In this document: positions 12,037 to 23,617 of the stretch, piece by piece
Numbering within the stretch: position 1 is the stretch's first letter
Layout of the letters: each line of letters opens with the position of its first letter
NCBI GenBank assembly: GCA_977018835.1
Contig: OZ361258.1
Span: 496,001-560,000 of the forward strand
Direction: 5' to 3'
Length of the DNA: 64,000 nt
Origin: Minutocellus sp. GHC0000111
Lineage: Eukaryota
Notes under the pieces: generated by a model
What the model saw: the letters and a program-made list of their open reading frames with translations, nothing else
Database searches by the model: none
What the model was told of the DNA's origin: nothing
Translations under genes and position numbers: made by a program

Positions 12037-12550
12037 CTGTGAACAGAGGGCAGAGTGCACAACCTGGCCAAAAACCGTTCTGAGGAATAAGGGATGGAAT
12101 AATGAAGGAAGGAAATGGCGCAGTCTATCAAACGCTGATCTCCTTCTGGTCGGGTTCAGTTCATCTTCTCTCTCAGTTCTCTCTCGTTGCTGCCGTTTGT
12201 TTCCCTTTCTCGAGCGGCGAAGTGCTGTTGGACAAGCTGGTTGGACGGCGAAGATGAAAAGCAAAAGGTCCCTCGCATATTTTTCGGGTTTTTGCGAGAT
12301 GACCCCAACAGCAACAATGGCCAACCCCCAGCAACGAAAGAAAGGCGGCTGGCGAGATGCAAAACGAGACAATCCCGTGGGCGGCTGGCTGACAGGGACA
12401 TCTGTTTGGGCTGGCTACAGTATACCTCTGGCGCCATACCAGTGTTCTCGAGGAGACTCTGCGTATCCAGCACATCTCGTTCCGGTCATATCCCTTGCCC
12501 GCCAAAAGTAGCCAACGAACAATAGGGGCAACCTCCACCTCCGTTCCACG

Positions 12551-12830
12551 ATGGACCACCAGCAGCAGCAGGCCACGGCCACCGATTCCAGCATGGCCAC
12601 GGCCTCTGCCACCTCCCCCGCCGCAGCAGTTTCCCTTGGCCATCCGCACTATCCAGCCCTTGCCGGATTCCTCAACGACCCCTCATCGCAGCCATGGTCC
12701 GCCTCACGCAACGGCTGGAATGCCGCCAATCCCGACATTTGTCGCTGGGACGGTGTGACCTGCGAGGCCCTTCCCGATCGGGAATACCCTCAGGTGGTCG
12801 GGATCAACATACCCTGCACGCCGGGAGCAG
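12551..12830 (+). pseudogene. Truncated leucine-rich-repeat N-terminal cap fragment
   Basis: NGWNAANPDICRWDGVTC..VVGINIP matches the plant/algal LRR N-cap (W..C.W.GV.C). No LRRs follow before the next gene. Confidence 0.55.
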
Positions 12831-13043
12831 GTGAGCTGCGCTCTGCCGACCGAGCTGGGTCAAATCGACACCCTCCGTGAACTGATGGCGTACGATTGAC
12901 CTGATTCCCTGCCTCCCATGGCCATCGTTGCTGTGTCAAACCGTTGACTGCACATCCTCTTCGATAGACCCCCAACCCAACAGCCAGTTCCTTCTCGGTT
13001 CTCTAGCTAGTTCACATTGACTGTACCAGCTGATCATGAAGAG

Positions 13044-14456
13044 ATGCCGTGCCGTCCGTCCACAGTCGGCACATTGGTGGTGGCCGCTTTTGCCTCTGTG
13101 CCATCAACGGCACGTGCGTTCGTCTCACCACGAGGTGCTGACATGGCCCAGCATCAAAGGCAAAACATTTGCAGGCATCGCATTATTAGCAGCCATTCTA
13201 CCTCTTCTGCTCTGCATTCCGTGCTGCCTGATAAGTCAGCACAAGATGCCAACAGTAATGACGACAGCCAAAATTTGGCGGTTGCAGCACAGCAAACCAC
13301 CAAGCCCAAACCCATGAGGCGCCGAAAACGGACGGCACGAATGTCGGTCTTTCAGTGGCTGAACGAGCCCTATGTCGAGGTTGCTTCGGCCTTGGCGGTC
13401 CTGCTCTCCAGCTTTCTTGTGGCATTAGACACCCTCGACGAGTTGCCCTCCCTCACACTCTTGTCAGATACGCTCGGTCTTCCCATCGCCTCAGATCCGC
13501 ATGTGCTGATCGACGATACGTTGGAAATCATCAATGCCATATTTGCCATCGACTTCTTCGTTCGGTGGTGGGCCGCCGGTAATTTTAAGACTCAGTATCT
13601 GACCAAACCGCTGATTGTGCTGGACATCGTGGTGGTGCTCATCCCACTCTACATTGGAGTGCTGCTTCCGTATCTGGCATCGGTGGGCATTGCCGGTCCA
13701 GACGGGACGTTGCCGTGGATACCGGAGGGATTCGAACCGAATGCAGCCGGTCTGCAAAATTTGTTGCTGCTGCGAATCCTGCGACTGAGGAGGGTGCTGA
13801 CGGACATCAATACCTTTGCGCGGTTCGAGATGGCGCTGGGGTTGAGACCGAAGGATGTCCGGCCGTATCAATTGCAGTTGGCCCGTGTGCTTCTGTCGAT
13901 CTTTACTCTTTTGAGCGTGGCATCGGGGCTGATTTATCAGGCCGAGCATGAGGTCAATCCGCAGATCCCAGATTACTTTGCGGCCCTTTACTTTGGTCTG
14001 ACGACGCTTACTACGGTGGGCTTTGGTGATATTGCCCCCATCACTTCTCAGGGCAGGCTGACTGTCTGCTTTTCCATCTTGGCTGGAGTTGCCGTCATTC
14101 CAGCACAGGCTAGCAAATTAGTCGATGCTCTTGTTGAATTTCAGAAGGATCAAAAGAAGAGCGGACCCCGTGTGACCGTCCGGGCCGGTTCTGCTGCGAA
14201 GAAAGCAGAGGACGAGAAGGCTATAAGCGTGAGTAAAGTGAGCAGCGTCAAGTTACGAGAGAAGTCTCGGGCAACCACGAAAGATATCCCGATAGCTGTG
14301 TCCAAATCGTCTGCATCTGAAGCAAGAGCAAAAGAAGCGACAGTTGCAGCGAACGGCAAATTTGAAGGCTGGCTTGGGCGATGCTGTCTCGAGTGCGAGT
14401 CGACCGATCATCGCGAAGATGCAACTTTCTGCTGGAATTGTGGAAGTAAGCTCTAG
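13044..14456 (+). CDS. Voltage-gated-type potassium channel (ion transport domain), probably plastid-targeted
   Basis: Pore YFGLTTLTTVGFGD, S4-like LLRILRLRR, C-terminal CxxC..CxxC ribbon and N-terminal ARA-FVSP bipartite motif. Confidence 0.88.
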   Translation: MPCRPSTVGTLVVAAFASVPSTARAFVSPRGADMAQHQRQNICRHRIISSHSTSSALHSVLPDKSAQDANSNDDSQNLAVAAQQTTKPKPMRRRKRTARMSVFQWLNEPYVEVASALAVLLSSFLVALDTLDELPSLTLLSDTLGLPIASDPHVLIDDTLEIINAIFAIDFFVRWWAAGNFKTQYLTKPLIVLDIVVVLIPLYIGVLLPYLASVGIAGPDGTLPWIPEGFEPNAAGLQNLLLLRILRLRRVLTDINTFARFEMALGLRPKDVRPYQLQLARVLLSIFTLLSVASGLIYQAEHEVNPQIPDYFAALYFGLTTLTTVGFGDIAPITSQGRLTVCFSILAGVAVIPAQASKLVDALVEFQKDQKKSGPRVTVRAGSAAKKAEDEKAISVSKVSSVKLREKSRATTKDIPIAVSKSSASEARAKEATVAANGKFEGWLGRCCLECESTDHREDATFCWNCGSKL

Positions 14457-14582
14457 TGATGAAAATATCAATCCACTACGTAGCTTGCTAGCTACTAGTA
14501 TGTTGTAGCCAAAGTATTGCAAGATTGCCGCTATGATTAATACCACCTGCAGTACATCATCGCATCTATCTACTTTACATAA

Positions 14583-15924
14583 TCACATCTGAATTTCATA
14601 CTGGTGATCCGAGATTTCTTCATGGTAAACGTCCAACAAGCCACTTCTACGCGTGTGGTGCCTAGAATCACCAAGAGATCGGGCGCCTGATCGGGTAGAT
14701 CTGTTAGAACCACTTGACCCTGAAGTAGTAGAAGGACAAGCAGCCAGCTCGTCGCGCAACGACTCTCGGACGTAGTAAACGTTGGGTCGTTCCTCGGACT
14801 TGGGATCCCAGCCTTGTTCAATGAGAACACGCACTCCTTTGGGCCAAGATCGGTCCAGTTGTGGCCTGAAGGTCCCATAGAGAACCCGATCAGAGAAGGT
14901 CTGGCTGCACATCCCCTCGCAAAAGGGAGCAAGCGACACAATCTCATACAAAAACAACAGCAAAGCTGTAGACATCGACTTTGAAGTTGTGAGGTTGACA
15001 TCGGGCTATTTCTGGAGCAGTATATTTCGTTCGATCTACGTTTCCTCGAAGATTATACACAGCATCCTCGTCGTGCGATGATCCTTGTACTGAATTGATT
15101 TTCTCAGAATTTTCAAGACCGATGAGCATGACTCTTCCGTCACGAAAGCATATGTGCCCTGGGTGTAAGTTGCGATGGCAAATGTTTCTATCGTGTAAGT
15201 AGTGTAGGGCTGACGACAGCTCGTACGCGGCGCGTAGTCGATTTTGTAAGATAGTAGAATCGCCCTTGTTTGTTCGATCGCTACTACTAGTAGAAGCCGA
15301 ATCTACGGAACGCGTTCGTCTTCGCCGGAGGTCTCGAAGGTTTTCAATAAGAGAAGCCCTCGGGCTTGTATTCGCCGCCTCTTCTTCTTTCCAGCGCTTC
15401 ATTTGCTCGTTCAGATTCCAATCGAATCTATCCAAAACAAAGAAGAAGGGATCACTACCAGGGGTTGCCATTGCCCAAACACCTGGTATATTTTGATGGG
15501 AGAGGCACCGAAGTAGACGACATTCCTCTTGTACAACTTCGCTGACCCTGTCTTCTTTTTGATAACGTCGCGATGATCGACCGTGCTCTGTATGTTTTGA
15601 TGTCTTAATAACATATTTACAGGATTTCTGTGGCTCACTATCTTGGATCTGGTCTGCCTCTTTTATCGGTGAAAGAGATTCGCCTTGCCTCTTCAGTTCT
15701 CTTTGGGAAAGAATCTCTTCAAGTGCTATCGAATTGGCTACATAGATACAGCTCGAGGTACCCTCATGGATCAAATCCTGGCTAGAACAAACAACGTCAT
15801 CGGTAATTGATATTATTGGGATGTTCTCCGTAGTTGTCGACGACCTTTCGGTTGATTCTTCCTTCGGTATGGTCGGATTCAGTCCCATCTGAACTTCGGC
15901 CGTCAACGAATCTTCTACTGGCAT
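14583..15924 (-). CDS. TKL-like pseudokinase with a +1 T frameshift in a T-run near 14952
   Basis: HRNLHPGHI, YTAPE and DVYSF, then LYEI..RPQL..WD..EERP in the next frame. It lacks HRD and DFG (HRN and IGL instead). Confidence 0.7.
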
Positions 15925-16226
15925 TGCTACTTCTCGGTGTTCCTGCTGGTCAGACTACAATCTGGCACACTATCACCAATGTATGTATGTGGTCAAGCTT
16001 TTGAGTACTTCACAGGATGCTACCGCTTCTCTTTTTGCCAATTGCGACATCTTGATGACTCGGCCCTTTGAAGTCGAAGGAAGCCAAAAAGTGAGCCGAG
16101 ATTCGATCGCTCTACACCCCGATTTTTACTCGAATCTTCCTACGTAGTCATCTGCAAGACCTGCGGCGGCACCCTTTCCATCACAACAAAGTCGTTGCAT
16201 CCAATTTACATCTAATTTACAACAAT

Positions 16227-18856
16227 CTAACGTCTCTCCACACTAATCACGCCCTTCTCTCGGTCTAATTGACCAACGACCCTTTCTAGATCGTCTACCG
16301 AAGAGAGCATGACTTCAAACTTGGCCAAGCCTCGATTGTTGGATATCTTCTTCAGATTTACACTCCGTATATCAATCTTTTGCGCTGCAATGGCTTTGCT
16401 CATCGATGCCAGAATTTCAGGCTGATCTTCACAAATCACTTTGAGCTGTACCGGTCTAGACGGGGTATTTAGTGCGTTGGTGTCCCAACTCGCATCAAGC
16501 CGTCTGGATTCATCTGTTTCCAACAGATACTTGCAGCCCATCCGATGGATTTTGATACCTCGGCACCCTTGATATCTTCACCACGCAATGGATTGCAGTT
16601 TTTGCAATAACTAATGAGAACATTCTTCTCTCCGCCGACAATTTTCCCATCACGTTCATCTTTTGACTTCGTAGCATCTCGTTGAGATGCTTTCTCCTCG
16701 ATGAGTTGCAGCGTTGAAGCATCGCTCTGCTCGTCTTTGGACAATCCAAGCCCTAGGTTGTTTGCGGTGCCCAATATCTCACCAACTACGCTTTCGATAC
16801 TTATTTGGCCATATCCCATAGCAGAGAGGAAGCTTTCTTCATCGCTAAGATCAAAAGTGGAAAGAATTCGCCCCAACTTTTCCTTGTATGTCTTGCTGAC
16901 ATCGATTTGGCATTTGGAGCCTTGCTTCTTGAGCTCCTTGTCGAGAAGTTCCCGACCTAAGTCGATGCTCTCTTGGCGCTGTTCTTGTTTCAGCCACTGA
17001 CGGATTCGGGCTTGTGCCTTGCTCGTTCGAACAAAGTCAAGCCAGGATCGCCTGGGCACCTGATCAGACGACGTCATTATTTCTACCGTGTCCCCATTGC
17101 GCAATTGCTGTCTCATCGGGACCATTTTGCCATTGAGTTTGCCGCCTACGCACCGATTTCCGAGTTCGGTATGAACGCAATAGGCAAAGTCAAGTAACGA
17201 AGAACCTTGAGCGAGTGCAAATAATTCACCGCCGGGAGAAAACACGTATACCTCGCGCTCAAACAAATCCTCTTTGACAGAGTCGATGAATTCACTTGGG
17301 TCATTTAAATCTTGGACCCACTCGACGAGCTGCTTTAGCCACTTGAAGCGCTGGGCTTCCTCAATAGATCCAGATTGATTTTGACCCTTATACACCCAGT
17401 GCGAAGCAATGCCATTTTCGGCAGTAGAATGCATTTCTTTTGTCCTAATTTGGATCTCCACTCGCCGGCCTTCCGGCCCGACCACCGTGGTGTGCAGTGA
17501 TTGGTAGCCATTGCCTTTAGGGAGCGCGATGTAATCCTTGAACCGCCCTGGTATGGGCTTGAAATGGGTGTGCACTACCCCGAGTGCCTGATAGCATTGA
17601 GCAATATCGTCCACAATGATGCGAAACGCAGTGAGGTCCTGTATTGACTCAAATGCAAGATTCTGTGCCTTCATTTTCTGGTAAATCGAATAATAGCTCT
17701 TCGGCCTACCAGATAGATGTATTGACTTTGCATCAATCCCCCCTTCTGCCAAGTATTGCATTAGCGTCCCGATAACCTCTCGAATATATCTTTGGCGTTC
17801 CTCCTTCCCACTACTGATTTTATCCTCTAGTTCGGTATATGCCTTTGGCTCCAGATATTTCAAGCAAGTGTCCTCCAGCTCCTCCTTTATTCTATAAAGG
17901 CCCAACCGATGAGCAAGCGGTGCGTACAACTCCAAAGTCTCTCTGGCCTTGTTGATCTGTTTCTGCCGTGGCATATGTTGGAGAGTTCGGATGTTGTGCA
18001 ATCTGTCTGCCAGCTTGACCAAAATGACTCTGATGTCGCTTGCCATTGCGACGATCAGTTTTCTGTAATTTTCTGCCTCCTCTTCCTGGCGACTGTGAAA
18101 CTTTATGCGGCTAATCTTCGTCATTCCGTCGACCAGAGCGGCAACTTCTTCACCAAAGTGACTTTCAATATCACCAAAGCACACTTCGTCGCAATCTTCC
18201 ACCGTATCATGGAGAAGAGCGGTGCAAATAGCTGGAACATCGAGTCTCATATCCGCAATTATGTTGGCGACTGAAACTGGATGGATGAAATACGGCTCAC
18301 CCGATCGCCGCTTCTGGTTGTGGTGGGCCACTTCAGCAAAGTGATAGGCTTTGCGTATCACGTCATCGTCGGCGTCTGGGCAGTAAGAGTGGACCTTTGC
18401 AAGCAGCGCGTCAAGGCCACCTTCTAAAAGTGACGCTTCTCCGTTATCGGATTGCTCATCGAACTCTGCCTCGCCATCCACATGGCTCAGCGGCGGCGCA
18501 TTGCTCAAGGCGCCGAGAGCGTCAAGACCGCCAAGACCATTGATTTTATCACCAATCGAACCTTCAGAGATGGGTGGAACTATGCCTTCGTCCACATTTG
18601 TTGGTTTGTCCATCCACAATCGAGTTCGCTTTCCCAACCTACGCCCCGATTGAATTCTCGGGTGTTCGCTTGAGAGATGGGCAGGTTCGATAAATGCCAG
18701 GCATCCGCCGGCGGTCGACGGCACTGCCAAAGCTTCATTTTGATTTGCAAATGACGCAATTATTGTCCCTACTAGGAGCAACGGTGCGGAGCTGGAGGGG
18801 TTGCGGCGTCGAGGCATGGTTCTGGTCATCACTAAGCCAATCAAACACCATGGCAT
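16227..18856 (-). CDS. RSH: Long RelA/SpoT homolog (ppGpp synthetase/hydrolase; HD-SYN-TGS-ZFD-ACT), plastid-targeted, with a frameshifting deletion near 16565
   Basis: RRSGEPYFIHP, LLHDTVED, KLADRLHN, GRPK, RFKDY, YQSLHT, EIQIRT and TGS LDFAYCVHTELG. The ACT domain lies in the separate ORF 16227-16541. Confidence 0.92.
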
Positions 18857-18928
18857 GAAATCGAAATCGAAAGTTCAAGCTGGTCCATCGTCTTTCCGTC
18901 ATCCGCCAAAGTCAAATCGGCTCGCAAA

Positions 18929-19975
18929 ATGTTGACTGCTACTTTCCTGAGCAACCAAACCATGGGCTTTCCCCAACTCCACCGCCGGCGTCCTCGACAA
19001 CAAGCAGTCGTAGCGCTGTCTGTGGTAGCATCAGCCTCGATGCCCAGTGTTGCGGCCGCCAGCCAAAGATTTGTCACATCGAATAAATGGCGTGCCGCGT
19101 TTGAACTCCCACCGACGAAACATCTGCCACCAAGATATGACGATGGATCGACCATTGCTCACATCCACCACGAACCACCCTCACCGCGAGTAAACCATTC
19201 GCCTTCTCAGCTCGGCCTAGTATTCTTTCCAGGATTTCTATCCAACATGCACTCTTCCAAAGCATGTCGAATATTTCGATATGCTCAGACGAACAATCTG
19301 GAATGCACTCTCTTCGATCGTTATGGTCACGGCGCCTCAAGACCTCACTACTCCTCGGACGAATACGATGGACGCCAGGCGACCATTGGTCGATGGTTAG
19401 AAGATTACTTGGCCATTTTAGACGATGTAACGTCAGCTTCCAATGAGCAAATTTTGATCGGGTCATCAATGGGTACGTGGCTGGCAATCCTCGCTGCCAT
19501 GCAGAGACCCGAACGAGTTGCTGGAATCCTAGGGATTGCATCGGCGCCAGATTACACTGCACTGCTACGAGAACAGATCGAAGCGAATTTGGAATGGTCA
19601 AACCAATTAGATAATTTGGGGTATGTGGATGTGCCAACAATTTATGATCGACGAGGATATTATCGGCTACATGAAGAGCTGATTGTTGAAGGCGATAAAC
19701 ACTTGATACTCCAGGAAGAGAACCAGGACAATGTTTCGCTTTCTAAACTTCCACGAAACATGCCAATAAGACTCCTTCATGGGACGGCCGATGAAAATAT
19801 ACCGGTGGAATATTCCCAACGTTTGGTAAAGAAGCTCGAGGCAAGTCGTTTTGACAACGTGAAGCTGGATCTGATTGAAGGTGGTGATCACCGTTTGAGC
19901 TCGCAAGAGCATCTCGAGAAGATTGAAAATGTTCTGAGAGATATTGTTGGCGAGGCAGGTGGTGATGACTTGTAA
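18929..19975 (+). CDS. Alpha/beta hydrolase, ABHD10-like
   Basis: FPGFLSNM, FDRYGHGAS, nucleophile GSSMG, LLHGTADE and GGDHRLS. Confidence 0.85.
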   Translation: MLTATFLSNQTMGFPQLHRRRPRQQAVVALSVVASASMPSVAAASQRFVTSNKWRAAFELPPTKHLPPRYDDGSTIAHIHHEPPSPRVNHSPSQLGLVFFPGFLSNMHSSKACRIFRYAQTNNLECTLFDRYGHGASRPHYSSDEYDGRQATIGRWLEDYLAILDDVTSASNEQILIGSSMGTWLAILAAMQRPERVAGILGIASAPDYTALLREQIEANLEWSNQLDNLGYVDVPTIYDRRGYYRLHEELIVEGDKHLILQEENQDNVSLSKLPRNMPIRLLHGTADENIPVEYSQRLVKKLEASRFDNVKLDLIEGGDHRLSSQEHLEKIENVLRDIVGEAGGDDL

Positions 19976-20297
19976 GTACCGGCATAGGAATCAAAATGAT
20001 AGTCTATGCATGTATTGGCCGAGCGGCGACTGCAAATAACGTGAGCACGGACAAGTTCTCTTACAGTAATACGCAACAGTTGCCATCACGGCATAGTGAA
20101 TGAACAGATCAGTCGAGAGATCGGCTGAAACGTTGAGGTGTTGGTACTTTCGTGGAACTGAAATTCAAGGCGTGGAAGTTTGCAAATATGGCAAAGAAGA
20201 AATCTGTCGATCTTTATCATCACTTTCTTCATCCTTCGAGCACAGCCTATCTTCGCCAAAACTAAACTGCACACTTTTTCCTGCATCGCAATTCAAC

Positions 20298-21314
20298 ATG
20301 AAAGGTCCCATTATGTTTGCCTTCCTTTTGTTGCCGAGCAATTCTCTTGGTGCAACAACGAACGAAGAGCTCAATTTTTATTCAAACAACTTTGCCTACC
20401 ACCCCGGCCCTGTTCTCGATTACATCAAGACGACCGAGCCGTGGATGGTAGGAAGACGCGACATCCTCGACTATGGTACTGGAAACGGCCTCTTGGCAAG
20501 TCAACTGGCCGAAGCAGGAGCTACCTCAGTCATCGCAGTCGATATCAACAGCAAAGCTGTCCTGGCTGCTCAGAAGCGTCTTGAACCACATCCGACCGCA
20601 ACTGCGAGAGGAACGAGACCACTACAGTGGACTGTAGCATGCCCACCTGGAATTATTGGTTATCGCAATCGTTTCGATACAGTCGTTTCTTATCGAGGCG
20701 CTCTCTCCCACGGAACGACATCCTTGAAACGCATCCAGCCATTCACTACAGCAATGAAATGTGCCGCAAGAGCAACCCGAGAGGGTGGCAAGGTCATTGT
20801 TGTTGATTTTGGTCCCGATTACAAGACCCGGTTCAAATTTATCTACATCCTGGCGTTGGGCGTGCTGGCGTGGAATCAAGAAATTTATCGAAACATTGCT
20901 ATGTGGAAGCTAAACTTTGGCATCTTTCTCTCTTCTCTTCCATTCGCTGGGCTGAACATTCTTTTCAAGATCACGGCCTGTTGGGTTGCTTTGCTCAAAA
21001 GGAGGATCAAGAGCCCATTGGAATTGTCAGATGGATTTGCTATTGCCAGCCTTTGGTCAATTTTGACTATGATTTGGATTCCCAGGCAGCTCTGGGTTGA
21101 ATACCACGCAGAAAAGAAGGAGAAATCGTTTTATCAAAAGGCTATGAGCGATGCTGGTCTCACCGATATCAAGTGTACGAGGAAATTTTTGCATCATCCG
21201 TACAAACGACTTTCTGACGGTCCTGGTATGGGCTTGGCTTCTTTTCTTATCAATAATTTCAGCTATCTCATGAGCCTCAATATTTACGAGGGAACCAAAA
21301 AACAGTCCACATGA
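20298..21314 (+). CDS. Class I SAM-dependent methyltransferase with a signal peptide and C-terminal TM segments
   Basis: Motif I ILDYGTGNG, VIAVDIN and GGKVIVVD. Confidence 0.8.
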   Translation: MKGPIMFAFLLLPSNSLGATTNEELNFYSNNFAYHPGPVLDYIKTTEPWMVGRRDILDYGTGNGLLASQLAEAGATSVIAVDINSKAVLAAQKRLEPHPTATARGTRPLQWTVACPPGIIGYRNRFDTVVSYRGALSHGTTSLKRIQPFTTAMKCAARATREGGKVIVVDFGPDYKTRFKFIYILALGVLAWNQEIYRNIAMWKLNFGIFLSSLPFAGLNILFKITACWVALLKRRIKSPLELSDGFAIASLWSILTMIWIPRQLWVEYHAEKKEKSFYQKAMSDAGLTDIKCTRKFLHHPYKRLSDGPGMGLASFLINNFSYLMSLNIYEGTKKQST

Positions 21315-21478
21315 AAACGAGCTCATGTTGTTGTAGGATTCTTTCCATGCTACAAGTTTGTATGTGCATTGCCGTTATCCGGATCGCCAAGATCTGCTAA
21401 TTTAAACACTCTTATGGGATACCCTCCTATAGGAGTTGATACTAGTATATCTCACAAAATCAAGAACGGTGTTATCAA

Positions 21479-22585
21479 TTACAATTCCACCTTTCTCTTC
21501 TTCCTCACAGCCTTACCGCTCGTTGCCTTTCCCTTCCCATTGCTCTCTGCCTTGCTCTTTTGCGCATTGTGCCTCTTGCTGGCCTCTTCCCTCTGCTTCT
21601 CCCACTCGGGCTGATCAACCTCGGCCGGTCTCTGTGGAAAGATGACCGTATCATATTCACAAAGCTCTTGCTCCAACGCATTCCTCTTGGCGGGATCTCT
21701 CCTCACCCACGGTCCACGGGAGCTGGTGGACGATGCCCCCTTTCGTATCTCCTCCCGGAGTTGCTTCTGTGCGGCATCCTCCGTGCTGGACCCCAACCTA
21801 AGAAACTGCGATGTATCGCTGTACGATCCCGTGGCGCAGTACTCACCAAACAACCGCCTGTATTCCGTCTGTGCCTCGGTGGCGAACTGATCGTATCGTT
21901 CGCGCTCTGCCTTGCTCAGACCCGACTTCCAAAGCGACGATATCTCCCCAATCACCTTGACTTGCGAGTGTCGTTCGTTGGGCCGATCGTGCCGAATCTT
22001 GCACGTCATCTGTCCGACGAACGTCACGTATCCGCTCGGAGGGGGTTCCGGCGGGGCGTTGGCATCGCCCTTGATCCTCCGTCGGCGGCTGCCCTTGATC
22101 TTGGTGCTGCTGTCCCATCGATCCTGTCCGAGACTTTCGGGCACCATGGTCCGTGCCCGGCGCTTCAGTCCGCGTTGGAGTTCGGCAAGCTTGTCGACTC
22201 GGGGACATCCCGACCGAGTGATGATGTGATCTGTGTTGGAATGTCCGCCGGTGGTGGCCGCCACGGCCTTGGAGGCTGCCACGCAGGCTTCCTCCTGCTG
22301 TTGCGACGTGGACGATATGAGCGTGGTGTTCAGTGCGGCAATGCCGGTCCGATACGGTCCATCGACAATGGGTTCGGCCTCGCATGTCTTGCCGTACCGC
22401 TGCACCATGGACTGTGCCTCATCAACGTCAGCCTGTGCCGAGGATAGCAGCTCGTCGACGCAGGTAAGCAAATGCTCGGCATCTGACGTGTTGGCGGGTA
22501 GAGGCGGTGGTGATGGTCGCCGATCGGGGCGTCGGGATCGGAACCGCTCCACGGCAGCGAGGGTGGAAGAAGCAGCGTCCATCAT
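21479..22585 (-). CDS. HMG-box protein
   Basis: DANAPPEPPPSGYVTF..VIGEISSLWKSGLSKAERERYDQFA..EYRR. Confidence 0.8.
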   Translation of the reverse strand: MMDAASSTLAAVERFRSRRPDRRPSPPPLPANTSDAEHLLTCVDELLSSAQADVDEAQSMVQRYGKTCEAEPIVDGPYRTGIAALNTTLISSTSQQQEEACVAASKAVAATTGGHSNTDHIITRSGCPRVDKLAELQRGLKRRARTMVPESLGQDRWDSSTKIKGSRRRRIKGDANAPPEPPPSGYVTFVGQMTCKIRHDRPNERHSQVKVIGEISSLWKSGLSKAERERYDQFATEAQTEYRRLFGEYCATGSYSDTSQFLRLGSSTEDAAQKQLREEIRKGASSTSSRGPWVRRDPAKRNALEQELCEYDTVIFPQRPAEVDQPEWEKQREEASKRHNAQKSKAESNGKGKATSGKAVRKKRKVEL

Positions 22586-23617
22586 GGTTCCTTTGCACCT
22601 TGCAACCTTGCTTGGTGACCTTGGTGTGTGTGGCGGACCGTGTGGTGGTGGAAAAGGCCTGTCTTGGTCTGGTCCCGGTTGGTCAGATAGAAAGGCCGCG
22701 AGGCCATGGAGCCAGATTTTTGAAGCAGCACAAGGCTTCGGCCCTTGAGCAGCTGGAGGATGACGGTAAGTGGAAAAGAAGTCAGGACACGAGTCATTGG
22801 AATGAGATAAAATTCAAAAACCAATGCGTCTCACCATGCCCAATGCTTCTGGCAATGACTGCCCATTTCTGCCTCCACCAAGCCCAACAAGGAGGAGCGC
22901 ACTTCGATGTCCAAGGTTGGTTGGTTGTTTCCACCACCTCCACGACGACCGCCACCACCAACGGGCCGGGCCTGAAGCCAGCCATGGGCCGACGCCGTTG
23001 GCTCGACAATCCTCCTGAACGACGGGCCGGCTTCGTTGCGTCGCGATGCCCCGACATCCAAAATGCGCAGTCACAAACCTGGCTGCAACATTGGGAAAGG
23101 AGAAAAGGAAAAAATGGCCAAGTGCGCCGCCACGAAAAATCCAGGGAAAGAACACACATTTCTTCGGTGTGACAACTAACTAACTGCTGCCCCGGCCAAT
23201 GCAGACATTGCTGGAAATGCTGTTTGGAAGGACACAAGTTAGCAGCACTTCCACGCACATGAACAGTGCCCACCCATGCCGAAGGCAAAAACAGCACCAA
23301 CGGTCTGTTCACGAAGAAGGTGACACAGACATGTCCAAGAATGGGTCCAGAAAAACGCAGAAGCAAAACAAGCAAGGCCACAACAATGGTCGCGGCTACA
23401 TGCACCCAAGTTCCGGCAGGCGCCGACATGCAGCTCTGCTGCAACGTCGAGGGAACGAAGCTGTTGAAGGAGACAAATGAGAAGAGACAGTGATGAGCCA
23501 GGAGAGTGCGGACAGCATCATCGAGGCCCTTGCCACTGCCCATGCAACAATGGCAACTTCAGTTTCAATCTTCGCATTTGCCATCATGTCACCTGCGAGA
23601 CTGAGCTGATGCTTCAA
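22586..23617. other. TpA-depleted non-genic island, probably decayed repeat or TE DNA
   Basis: Manual count of about 4 TA dinucleotides in 22811-23617; no coherent protein. Confidence 0.55.

Noticed and set aside
22507..23543. ORFs of 221 and 249 aa in the TpA-poor island
   Set aside because: Loss of TA removes TAA and TAG stops and inflates ORF length. The translations are Tyr-free and motif-less.
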